A stretch of DNA of 64,000 nt. Origin: Mobula hypostoma. Lineage: Eukaryota. Location of the stretch: NCBI RefSeq assembly GCF_963921235.1, contig NC_086097.1:121646001-121710000 (forward strand), in the 5' to 3' direction. Both the position numbers and the translations under genes were made by a program. Positions 25,495 to 36,835 of the stretch are shown piece after piece (within the stretch, counting starts at the first letter, position 1; each line of letters starts with the position of its first letter). The notes under the pieces are model-generated. The model did no database searches. It was not told the DNA's origin and saw nothing but the letters and a program-made list of their open reading frames with translations.

Positions 25495-26020
25495 ATACAG
25501 TCCATCAGAAGCAAAGCCTTCCCACCATTGAGCATATTTACAAGGAGGACTGCCACAAGAATGCAGCAGTCATCATCAAAGACTCCCACTACCAAGTTCA
25601 AGAACAGTTATTTCCCTTCGACCATCAGGCTCCTGAACCAGCAAGGATAATTTGACTCACCTCAACTCTGAACTGATTACATAACCTATGGACTCATTTT
25701 CAAGGACTCTACAACTCATGTTCTCGGTATTATTTATTTATTTACTTTATTTGCACAATTTCTCTTCTCTTGCACATTGGTGGTATGTCAGTCTTTGTTT
25801 ATATATAGTTCTTCATAAATGAGTCCTGATGAAGGGTCTCGGCCCAAAATGTCGACTGTACTCTTTTTCCACAGATGCAGCCTGGCCTGCTGAGTTCCTC
25901 CAGCACTTTGTGTGTATTGCTTCAATAAATTCTTTATTTTCCTGTAATGCCTGCAAGAAGACGAATGCCATGGTAGTATATGGTGATATATCCACACTTT
26001 GATATTAAACTTACTTGGAT
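25495..26020 (+). mobile_element. Rex1/Babar-type 3' end with an inserted PLE pLTR piece (25821-25921)
   Basis: LPTIEHIYK...IIKD remnant and 3' UTR; the insert carries a hammerhead motif at 25822-25857 with GAAA mutated to AAAA. Confidence 0.75.
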
Positions 26021-26648
26021 ATTTTTCCTGTGAAACTCCATTTGATAGCACACAATTATGTTATATCAAAATGAAGAATTCCTAGGCTAATAAGTTCAAC
26101 GAACTTTTACGTTAGAGCCACAAGGAGAAATCAAGAAAAAGTAATTTCCATCATCGGCTGTATTTGTTCAGAATTTATTTCTGCTTTTAATGATCTGATT
26201 AAGTTCAGGAAGGATTTTATCATGGTTCAGGACACTAATTTTATTTTCTAATTCCAGATAAATGGTAAAATCAAAAGTAAATATTTTCCATTTGTTGATG
26301 CAAGCTGTAAATCAGTTTGGCGGGGCAGTACCTTTTCACTCATCCTCTGTTCCTTGCCATTTTGAATAAGGATAAGACTGAACACCTTTTGGCTGGACAA
26401 TGTCATCTGAAGAACAAACAGATTAAACTGCAGATTAACCTGATGGCATGAACATTGACTTCTCTAACTTCCGCTAATTATTTAGGTGTATGTGGACTAT
26501 ATTAAATGGTGATATCTACCACACGTACGAAAATAGTTAGAAACATAGATAAACAACAGGAATTCTGCAGATGCTGGAAATTCAAGCAACATACATCAAA
26601 GTTGCTGGTGAACGCAGCAGGCCAAGCAGCATCTATAGGAAGAGGCGC

Positions 26649-26684
26649 AGTCGACGTTTCAGGCCGAGACCCTTCGTCAGGACT
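26649..26684 (-). ncRNA. Minimal hammerhead ribozyme (inverted pLTR copy)
   Basis: Exact reverse complement of 27261-27296. Confidence 0.85.
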
Positions 26685-27260
26685 AACTGAAGGAAGAGTG
26701 AGTAAGGGATTTGAAAGCTGGAGGGGGAGGGGGAGATGCAAAATGATAGGAGAAGACAGGAGGGGGAGGGATAGAGCCGATTTTAATTTTAATTTTAATC
26801 CTAATTTTAATTCCACATCCCATTCCCATTCTGACATGTCTATCCACGGCCTCCTCTACTGTAAAGATGAAGCCACACTCAGGTTGGAGGAACAACACCT
26901 TATATTCCGTCTGGGTAGCCTCCAACCTGATGGCATGAGCATCGACTTCTCTAACTTCCACTAAGGCCCCACCTCCCCCTCGTACCCCATCTGTTACTCA
27001 TTTTTATGCACATATTCTTTCTCTCACTCTCCTTTTTCTCCCTCTGTCCCTCTGAATATACCTCTTGCCCATCCTCTGGGTCACCCCCCCCTCCTCGTCT
27101 TTCTTCCCGACCTCCTGTCCCATGATCCTCTCGTATCCCCTTTTGCCTTTCACCTGTCCAGCTCTCGGCTCTATCCCTCCCCCTCCTGTCTTCTCCTATC
27201 ATTTTGCATCTCCCCCTCCCCTTCCAGCTTTCAAATCCCTTACTCACTCTTCCTTCAGTT

Positions 27261-27296
27261 AGTCCTGACGAAGGGTCTCGGCCTGAAACGTCGACT
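27261..27296 (+). ncRNA. Minimal type I hammerhead ribozyme (upstream pLTR)
   Basis: AGTC-CTGACGA-AGGgtctcggCCT-GAAA-cg-TC^GACT; predicted cleavage after 27292. Confidence 0.88.
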
Positions 27297-27430
27297 GCGC
27301 CTCTTCCTATAGATGCTGCTTGGCCTGCTGCGTTCACCAGCAACTTTGATGTGTGTTGCTTGAATTTCCAGCATCTGCAGAATTCCTGTTGTTTGCATTT
27401 AAATTCACTACTGCGAAGCCTCTTCCGGTG

Positions 27431-30400
27431 ATGCCTACACCGAAGAAGTTTAGATCCTCTCTTCGACGGGAGTTCAGTGAAACCATCTCTCACTGCTCCC
27501 CATCTGTAATTTCTTCGGCTCTTCAACTTTTCGACCACACTTTGACTCAAACTCGCTATCACAGCCATGTATCCTTTCTTGGAACGTGCCTCCGTCGCCA
27601 ACTTACTCCAGTTGGCTTTAGGATTCGTTTCCAAGCCTCTCAATTTGGACCTTCTGAGGATCCCAGGTACTCATATTTTATTGACTCTGCCTCTCGCCGC
27701 TTCTCCCGTCAAGCTCTGAAGGCGACGCTCTCCGCCATGAGGAGGTACTTGGTGTCCCTATCCCAGACCCTTCCACACCTTTGGGACACTTTCTTCGCCG
27801 TCTGTAATGGTCCTACCCGTTATTTCATCCTCCGTCGGATCCACGCCTGCAATCGCCGTTTTTTTGACTTTGTCATGTTAGGCAAAGATCGCAAGATCTT
27901 ACATCTACGCTCCAGAGCCTGCCGGCCCCGATGCTAGCAGGCATGAACTTTCAATTGCGGCTCCTGCCATTGATCTCGGCGGCTCCAACACCTCATGACA
28001 TATTCAAAACCCGGACTCCAGCAACGACCATGGACACATTCGAAGTGATTACGCAACCACCAACTGCGACTCCAGCCTTGAACTCCAGGCTGGGTCTTTA
28101 TGTGCTGCTGTGGTGACTCCCGTCTCCACTTCCCCCACCACCACTCCGCAGCCCCATCTTCCTCAGATCCCACCGTCAACTCCTGGGTCCTCAGAGGCTC
28201 CATCTTCCTCTCACCCCAACCCTCCCCTCTCCACTGACACCACCAGCCTCCCCCCTCCCCCCTCTGATCCCAGCTCTCATCCGTGCCGGGTCTTTACCAT
28301 CCCCTCCGACCTTCAACTGTCGGAGGCAGAACGCTCTGTTCTCAGTAAGGGCCTCACGTTTGTCCCCCTTCGCCCACACCTCAGCGAGTTCCGTGTTCGC
28401 CACGATGCGGAACTTTTCTTCCGCCGTCTCCGTCTCCGAGCCTACTTCTTCGGCAAGGACTCTTCCACCCCCACCGATGACCCTTTCTCTCGTCTTCAAC
28501 CCTCCTCTTCTTTATGGACACCCCGCTCTGGTCTTCTGCCTGCTCTGGATCTCTTTATTGCCAACTGCCGACGGGACATCAACCGTCTCGACTTCACTGC
28601 ACCTTGTCCCCATTCCAACCTCACTCCTTCGGAACGCTGTGCTCTCCACTCCCTCCGCACTAACCCTAACATTATTATTAAACCCGCTGATAAAGGGGGT
28701 GCTGTTGTAGTCTGGCGTACTGACCTCTACCTTGCCGAGGCACAGCGACAACTCGCGGATACCTCCTCTTATTTACCCCTCGATCGTGACCCCACTAAGG
28801 AGCACCAGGCCATTGTCTCCCACACTATCAACGACTTTATCCGCTCAGGGGATCTCCCATCCACTGCTACCAACCTTATAGTTCCCACACCCCGCACTTC
28901 CCGTTTCTACCTCCTACCCAAGATCCACAAACCTGCCTGTCTTGGCCGACCTATTGTCTCAGCTTGCTCCTGCCCCACCGAACTCGTTTCTGCATACCTC
29001 GACACTGTTTTATCACCCCTTGTTCAATCCCTTCCGACCTATGTTCGTGACACTTCTCACGCTCTTAAACTTTTCGATGATTTTAAGTTCCCTGGCCCCC
29101 ACCGCTTTATTTTCACCATGGATGTCCAGTCCTTATATACTTCCATCCCCCATCAGGAAGGTCTCAAAGCTCTACGCTTCTTTTTGGATTCCAGACCTAA
29201 TCAGTTCCCCTCTACCACCACTCTGCTCCGTCTAGCGGAATTAGTCCTTACTCTTAATAATTTCTCCTTTTGCTCCTCCCATTTCCTCCAAACTAAAGGT
29301 GTAGCTATGGGCACCCGTATGGGTCCTAGCTATGCCTGCCTTTTTGTTGGGTTTGTGGAACAATCTATGTTCCGTGCCTATTCTGGTATCTGTCCCCCAC
29401 TTTTCCTTCGCTACATCGACGACTGCATTGGCGCTGCTTCCTGCACGCATGCAGAACTCGTTGACTTTATTAACTTTGCCTCCAACTTTCACCCTGCCCT
29501 CAAGTTTACCTGGTCCATTTCCAACACCTCCCTCCCCTTTCTAGATCTTTCTGTCTCTGTCTCTGGAGACAGCTTATCCACTGATGTCTACTATAAGCCT
29601 ACTGACTCTCACAGCTATCTGGACTATTCCTCTTCTCACCCTGTCTCTTGCAAAAACGCCATCCCCTTCTCGCAATTCCTCCGTCTCCGCCGCATCTGCT
29701 CTCAGGATGAGGCTTTTCATTCTAGGACGAGGGAGATGTCTTCATTTTTTAAAGAAAGGGGCTTCCCTTCCTCCACTATCAACTCTGCTCTTAAACGCAT
29801 CTCCCCCATTTCACGTACATCTGCTCTCACTCCATCCTCCCACCACCCCACTAGGAATAGGGTTCCCCTGGTCCTCACCTACCACCCCACCAGCCTCCGG
29901 GTCCAACATATTATTCTCCGTAACTTCCGCCACCTCCAACGGGATCCCACCACTAAGCACATCTTTCCCGCCCCCCTCTTTGCATTCCGCAGGGATCGCT
30001 CCCTACACAACTCCCTTGTCCATTCGTCCCCCCCATCCCTCCCCACTGATCTCCCTCCTGGCACTTATCCGTGTAAGCGGAACAAGTTCTACACATGCCC
30101 TTACACTTCCTCCCTTACCACCATTCAGGGCCCCAAACAGCCCTTCCAGGTGAGGCATCACTTCACCTGTGAGTCGACTGGGGTGATATACTGCGTCCGG
30201 TGCTCCCGATGTGACCTTTTATATATTGGTGAGACCCGACGCAGACTAGGAGACCGCTTTGCTGAACATCTACGCTCTGTCCGCCAGAGAAAGCAGGATC
30301 TCCCAGTGGCCACACATTTTAATTCCACATCCCATTCCCATTCTGACATGTCTATCCACGGCCTCCTCTACTGTAAAGATGAAGCCACACTCAGGTTGGA

Positions 30401-30476
30401 GGAACAACACCTTATATTCCGTCTGGGTAGCCTCCAACCTGATGGCATGAACATTGACTTCTCTAACTTCCGCTAG
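27431..30476 (+). pseudogene. PLE polyprotein (N-terminal domain, RT, Cys linker, GIY-YIG endonuclease); intact from ~27999, with one frameshift and one stop upstream
   Basis: N-terminal HVSFLGTCLRRQLTPVGF; RT motifs KPADKG, TMDVQSLYTSI, GVAMGTRMGP, RYIDD, FLD; linker PCKRNKFYTC; endonuclease GVIYCVRCSRCDLLYIGETRR. Frameshift near 27908 and TGA at 27996-27998. Confidence 0.93.
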
Positions 30477-30770
30477 GCCCCACCTCCCCCTCGTACCCCA
30501 TCTGTCACTCATTTTTATGCACACATTCTTTCTCTCACTCTCCTTTTTCTCCCTCTGTCCCTCTGAATATACCTCTTGCCCATCCTCTGGGTCACCCCCC
30601 CCTCCGTCTTTCTTCCCGGACCTCCTGTCCCATGATCCTCTCGTATCCCCTTTTGCCTATCACCTGTCCAGCTCTCGGCTCTATCCCTCCCCCTCCTGTC
30701 TTCTCCTATCATTTTGCATCTCCCCCTCCCCCTCCAGCTTTCAAATCCCTTACTCACTCTTCCTTCAGTT

Positions 30771-30806
30771 AGTCCTGACGAAGGGTCTCGGCCTGAAACG
30801 TCGACT
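30771..30806 (+). ncRNA. Minimal type I hammerhead ribozyme (downstream pLTR)
   Basis: Identical to 27261-27296; predicted cleavage after 30802. Confidence 0.88.
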
Positions 30807-31521
30807 GCGCCTCTTCCTATAGATGCTGCTTGGCCTGCTGCGTTCACCAGCAACTTTGATGTGTGTTGCGTAGATTAAACTGCAGCTTTTTTATAAACTT
30901 AATTAGCTAGTCTGAATGATGCTGAAAGGAGGGGGGACTTGAAATATGAATATGAATCTTCTACTGACGTGCATTTAGCATCATTCTTGGCAGAATGTGG
31001 CCAAGAGATCAGGATGTTTTGATGTTAATTGCTATGTAGTAGCAGGACTGAAAGGACAAAAGCTTTCAATCTGTTCCAGCTGCATTCTTATCTCAGATCG
31101 GGTTTGAGAGTGACTGATAGATTTGGTATGCTATCCAATTATATATAAAAAGGAACTAATTCTGATAATCTACATGAAGATGCTTGCTGACTGAGGCAGA
31201 AGAGCCATTAGCTGAACTCCATGGCTTTGTAACTGAAATGTCAGCTATTAGCTGACACAGTAGTAATTTAAACAAATATTTCCCTTCATATATTGAGCTG
31301 AAAAGTTACACTTTGGACTGAAAACTTCCAATCAACATTAACTGCACTGTACATTAATATTTTATATTGCATGGTTCAAGATGTGATTTGCATTTTAAAT
31401 TGGAAGGTGATCCCTTTGCAGGAAGCAGGCAATATTGTATATGGGTCGTTGATTGTGAATTATGTTACTAATTATCAATATGATAACTTTAGGTCTTTTC
31501 TGCTTCTAATCTGTATTACAG

Positions 31522-31789
31522 AGCAATTTTTTACATAACTTCGTTTCCCTGCCATTACCAAAGGCTGCAGGCAGACAAGTTAGCAATTTGACCATGCTTT
31601 GGCTGAAGCTTTTACTGAATTTGTCTTTTGGAGATGAGGGACAACAGATGATTCTAAAAATGAATGGAAGTCTGGAGCTGTTGTCAACAATATCTCAGCA
31701 AAAGTGCAAAAGCAACCAACCCACTGCACTGCTTGTTCTTCACAATATTTGCTTCCATCCTGCTAACAAGCCAAAGGTTCTAGCTAATG
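31522..31789 (+). CDS. RTTN: Rotatin coding exon 7 in window
   Basis: gtattacag|AGC...AATG|gtaggt; 268 nt; SNFLHNFVSLPLPK...LWLKLLLNLSFGDEGQQMIL...HNICFHPANKPKVLAN. Confidence 0.96.
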
Positions 31790-31909
31790 GTAGGTTATTT
31801 TAAATGTTGTACTGTGGTTGAATATCTGGAGAATAACTGAATTGTTTTTAACTTTATTATAAATTACATGCTCTTTTTAAAATTATTATTGTGGTTTTTA
31901 CAGGTATAA

Positions 31910-32780
31910 TTCAACATTCAAAATTGTTTAATGTCATTTCCAATACACAAATGTAAAGGAGAAAGAAATAATTATTACTCCAGATCTGATGAAGCACAAA
32001 AAAAAACACAATTAGATAATGGGCACAATAAATTAAAAAAAGACATAATAAGTACAAATACATAAGATAGCTTGTGTACACACACCTACAAACACGCACA
32101 CACAAGCACTTACTTGATGGCAGGTAGACTTGATGCCAGTGATGTGTTGGCCAGTTTTAACTACCCTTTGTAGAGCCTTCCTCTCTACCACAGTGTGGTT
32201 TCCATACCATGAAGTGATGCAGCATGTTAGGATGCTCTCTACTGTGCAGAATGACATGAGTACAGATGTGCATCCTCAGAAAGCAGAAGTGCTGGTGAGC
32301 TTTCCTGATTGTGTAGGATGTGTTCTGGGACCAAGAGAGGTTGTGTGGGATGTGCACTCCCAGGAGATTGAAACTGCTCACGTTTCCACTGCTGTGCCAC
32401 TGATGCAAAGAGGGGAGTGATTGGTACGAGTTCTCCTGAAGTGAATAACCATCTCCTTTCTGTTGTTGACATTGATAGAGAGGTTATTTGCCAGGAATCC
32501 AGGCTCCGTGATCTTCCAACTCCTCTCTGTAGGCCATCTCATCGTTATTGGTGATGAGCTCCACCACTTTCATACCAGCGAACTTGACAATATGATTACT
32601 CGGGTGTTTGGCGGTGCAGTCATATGTGATCAACGTGTAGAAAATGAGCTCAGCACTCAGCCCGGGTGGGAGGGTGGGGGCACCTGTGTAGAGAATGATG
32701 AGGGAGGAAAGATGTGCATCCTGACTATCTGAGATCTGTTGGTTAGAAAGTATAACACACAATTGCACAGAGGTGTATTT
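31910..32780 (-). mobile_element. Rex1/Babar-type LINE 3' fragment
   Basis: YDCTAKHPSNHIVKFAG; VESILTCCITSWYGN; tail aatgacattaaacaattttgaat. Confidence 0.8.
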
Positions 32781-32944
32781 AGAAATTTCAACTATTACAG
32801 GATTTCTAACAATATTGGTCACACTTTAAATATGGCATTTAAATATAAGTTCTAAAAATGCATATCATTGTGTGTAAAATCTGCTTACGTAAGCACCTAG
32901 CAGTGGGCAAATTTTGCCTGCCAAGTAGAAAATAAAATCTCATT

Positions 32945-33150
32945 TATGAACCCGAGATTCTGCAGATGCTGGAAATCAGGAGTAGCAAACCCGAAATATT
33001 AGAGAAACTCAGCAGGTCAGACGTCATTTATGAAGAAGAAGAAGCAGTCATTTCAGGCCTTGAAGGGTCTCAGCCCAGAACATCAAGTATTTATTCCTCA
33101 CCATCGTTACAGCCTGATTTTTGTCTTCCACCAGCATTTTGTGTTGGTTA
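32945..33150. mobile_element. Decayed PLE-derived palindromic mini-element
   Basis: ttctgcagatgctgg...tttcaggcc|ttgaagggtctcagccc...ccagcattttgtgtt. Confidence 0.7.
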
Positions 33151-33279
33151 CTCATGAACCACTTGGACAGGTATTTTTTGTTCTCTCCCAAAGAACATGG
33201 TGGCCATGAGCAAGGCATGCAAAACTTTCAGTCAGTCTTCTTCAAACTTTAGTCACAGGACTGTGATCAATTAATTTAA

Positions 33280-33860
33280 GCCATAAAGCCATGAGATGTG
33301 GGAGCAGAATTAGGTCATTCAGCCCATTGAGTCTACTCTGCCATTTGATCATGGCTAATCCATTTCACTCTCAATCCTATTTGCCTGCCTTTTCCCCATA
33401 ACCTTTCACTCCCTGATTAATCACCCATCTAATGACCTGGCCTCCAAAGCCACCTTTGGCAACAAATTCCACAGACTTAATACCCTCTGGCTAAAGAAAT
33501 TCCTCCTCATCTCCATTCTCAATGGACGTCCCTCTATTCTGAGATTGTTCCCTCCAGTCCTGGACTCCCCTACTATAAGAAGCATCCTCTCTACATCCAC
33601 TCTATCTTGGCCTTTCAACATTCAATACATTCCAATGAGATACCCACTTCATTCTTCTAAAGTCCAGTAAGTACAGGTCCAGAGCCTTCAAATCCTCCTC
33701 AGAGGATGAGTCTTTCATTCCCGGAATCATTTTTTTGAACCTCCTTTGAACCCTCTCTAATGTCATCACATCCTTTCTTAGATAAGGGACCCAAATCTGC
33801 TCACATTACTCCAAATGAAACCTCACCAGTGCCTTATAAAGTTGCAGTATTACATCCTTG
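33280..33860 (-). mobile_element. CR1 LINE 3' fragment
   Basis: MLKGQDRVDVERM...RRNFFSQRVLSLWN. Confidence 0.85.
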
Positions 33861-34329
33861 ATGTACTCCTTTAGAGCTCCCAGTTGTAAGTTTGGTTAAA
33901 TAACTAATTAACCATAGCAACTTCAGTAAGTAATCAACTGAAGTCTCTCTCAAAAACACATTTTTTAATGCAGTTATTCTTCAAAGATTATGGGGAATTG
34001 GATAGAAGGTGGCACAATAATAGGAAAGAGTAGTGCAGTGGAACTGTTTACATAAACTTAAAAATTTGGGCAGATACGCTGGTCAGCATGACGCATAATT
34101 GTCAAACTTTCTGACAACATAAGAGCAAGGTATTGAACGAGTAAAAAGTATTTAAAAGACCTTAATGACATGGGTTGATTGATAGAATGTGCAAACGTTG
34201 TTTAATTTTAGCGGATCTGAAGAAATCCATTTCTAAACAAACCTCACTGGAAGAGCACTGAAGGGTATGGAACATTAAAGAAACAGTATTTAAAGAACTA
34301 ATCTGAAAATATAAATATACCAATGTGAA

Positions 34330-34665
34330 AGGCCTAGCTGGAGGATATTTCTTAAATAGTCAGGGAGTCTGGGACCAGAGGGTAAAGCCTCAAACAGAGG
34401 GGTGTTCGTTTAGAACAGAGATGAGGAATTTCTTCAGCCAGAGTGCGGTGATCTGTGGAATTCATTGCCACAGATGGCTGTGGAGGCCAAGTCATTGAGT
34501 ATCTTTAAAGCGGAGGTTGACAGATTCTTGATTAGTTAGGGTGTCAAAGGTTGCAGGGGAAAGGCAGGAGAATGAGGTTGAGAGGGATAATAAATCAGCC
34601 ATGATAAAATGGCAGAGGATACTCAATGGGCTGAATGGCCTATTTTCTCCTATGCCTTATGATCT
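34330..34665 (+). mobile_element. CR1 LINE 3' fragment
   Basis: gaggaatttcttcagccagag...gggctgaatggcct tail. Confidence 0.8.
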
Positions 34666-35665
34666 TTTATAGAGTGCTTCAGGAAAGCATCCAAACAATA
34701 TTGACAAAACTACTTTATTGGCTTGAAACTCCTATGATATTTTAATGATTTAATGAAAGTGAAAAATTATATTTTCTTTTTTTGCTATAGGCTTCTAGAT
34801 TTATATTTCCTGGTGTCATTTTCTGAGATTGTGCTGAGTGTATCTGTGCTGAGATAGCAGAATGCTAAGAAAAAATATTGTAGATTAAATTGCAAATTAT
34901 TTTATCTGGTATGCTGCTAAGCTTAGTCTAATCTATTTATTAGACTTTGAAGCTCACTGCAAGATCTTCCTTTGATTGCAAGAGGCCTTGATTAATTCAC
35001 TTCAGTTATAGTCCTTTAAAATTAAAATCGATCATGATTGTGAAAAAAGAGCTTTATTGAGTATTTTTTCCTAAATGCTTTACATTTGTCATTCACTTGG
35101 TGAATTTGGACATTGAGGAATGTGATTGTTTACCTCTGGATTTGAAAGGTAATAATGATGTAAAACAAAATTAATGGAAGCCCCAAGAAGTGATTAACAT
35201 ATTTCAAATGTGTGGATGAAGTACAATTTTGGCTACAAGATACTGAATTCTGTAAGTGATTCACTGTGTAAAGTGTTTCAAGCCATTACAATGTGATAAA
35301 GTGTTTCCTAAATGCCATTATCACTGCAATGTCCAGTTTCCTCAATCATGTGCCCATTTATCTTAATCCTCTTGAGAAACAAATGTATTTTGGAAGCTTG
35401 TTTATAGGGCCAAGAACAGCTGATTGTCCAAACAACCAAGTGACTATTTAGCCAAATGATGCTTTTAGCTGTTAGCAATGATTGGCAGCAACATGTTTTA
35501 CTTTTATTTCAGAGCACTTAGTTAAAATAATTGCTTGCTATTAAATCCACCTGAAGTACTTATCTGGCTTCTATTAGTCTCCAGACATGGGAGCAACAAT
35601 TAGAGAGAGGGAGTTATGAATAGAGGAATAATCACTGTGCTCTTTTGTTTTCCTTTTGTCCCCAG

Positions 35666-35769
35666 ATAAAACTGTGTCAATATTTTCTTCTTGTCTAGAA
35701 AATGACAATCCTGTGGTTCAGACTATAGGAGCCTCAGCTCTCTGGGCTTTGCTCCATAACTATCAAAAG
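35666..35769 (+). CDS. RTTN: Rotatin coding exon 8 in window
   Basis: ttttgtccccag|AT...AAG|gtgagt; 104 nt; (D)KTVSIFSSCLENDNPVVQTIGASALWALLHNYQK. Confidence 0.95.
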
Positions 35770-35930
35770 GTGAGTGTGCCCTTGAATACCTGCAGTGCAA
35801 TGTCAGCGTTTTGAGTTGTGTCTTGCTGGAAGAGCAACTCTCAACTGAAAGGTGCACCTCATGACTGGTTTCATCATCGCCAATAAGTATAGACTATTAA
35901 TGTTGAAGGTAGCAACTGTATTATGAAATG

Positions 35931-36475
35931 CACTCAGTGACCACTTTATTAGGTACACTCCTTTACCTAATAAAGTGGCCACGGGAGTGGAACCCGGTGT
36001 GGTCTTCTACTGCTGTGGCCTATCCACTTAAGGTTTGACATGTTGTGCATTCAGAGTTGTTCTTCTGCACACCACTGTTGTAGCACATGGTTATTTGAAT
36101 TACTGTCGCTTTTCTGTCAGCTTGAACCAGTCTGGCCATTCTCCTCTGACCTCTCTCATCAACAAGGTATTTTTACCCACAGAACTTCCGCTCACTGGAA
36201 TTTTTTTTGCATTATTCCCTGTAAACTGTAGAGGTTGTTGTGCATGAAAATCTCAGGAGATAAGCAGTTTCTAAGGTATTCAAACTACCCCAACAATCAT
36301 TCCACAGTCAAAGTCGCTTGGATCACATTTCTTTTCCATTCTGATGTTTGGTCTGAGCAGCGACTGAATCCCTTGACTATATTCCTGCACGCTCTTGTGC
36401 ATTGAGTTGCTGCCACATGATTGGCTGCATTAATGAGCAGGTGTACAGATGTACCTAATAAAGTGGCCACTGAGG
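35931..36475 (-). mobile_element. Internally deleted Tc1/mariner element
   Basis: cactcagtgaccactttattaggtac ... gtacctaataaagtggccactgag TIRs; same internal remnant as 15504-16056. Confidence 0.85.
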
Positions 36476-36835
36476 TAACATTAAATACAAACTGCCATTC
36501 CCTTCTTATTGCTTTAGTATGTGAGTTGGATGGAACCAACCACTAAATAAATTTTAAGAAAATGGCAAAACTATTGTTTGGAGACGTGGTAACTTTTTTA
36601 TCAGTTACACTAAAATTGCATTCTTGTGCTGCAGCATTGTTTAGCTATCACCTTGACACAATCTTTTACCATCTCTTCTATCTTTGTGTGAAGGTTAAAG
36701 TTAAATAACTGCATTTATGTAGGTTCAAAAAATCATCTTCATTTCACTTTGCCAGTTTACACTTAGTTGTAAACGTTTTTATGTGGAGTATAAATCCTAC
36801 AGCATGTGATTAAAGATTTTGTGCATTCCATTATA

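Larger units (their letters stand above)
26434..30871 (+). mobile_element. Near full-length Penelope-like retroelement (Neptune-type) with tandem pLTRs and inverted 5' segment
   Basis: 14-bp TSD agattaaactgcag (26420-26433, 30872-30885); direct repeat 26805-27359 vs 30317-30869; inverted copy at 26551-26780; RT + GIY-YIG ORF. Confidence 0.97.

Noticed and set aside
26502..27643. Overlapping ORFs of 111-230 aa on both strands
   Set aside because: By-products of the inverted and direct pLTR repeats and the antisense of the PLE ORF.
27996..27998. In-frame TGA in the PLE as a selenocysteine codon (reported for some other PLE lineages)
   Set aside because: It lies in a low-complexity spacer rather than at a conserved Cys, context (tca TGA cat att vs nearby cat GGA cac att) suggests a GGA>TGA mutation, a frameshift lies just upstream, and I see no SECIS.
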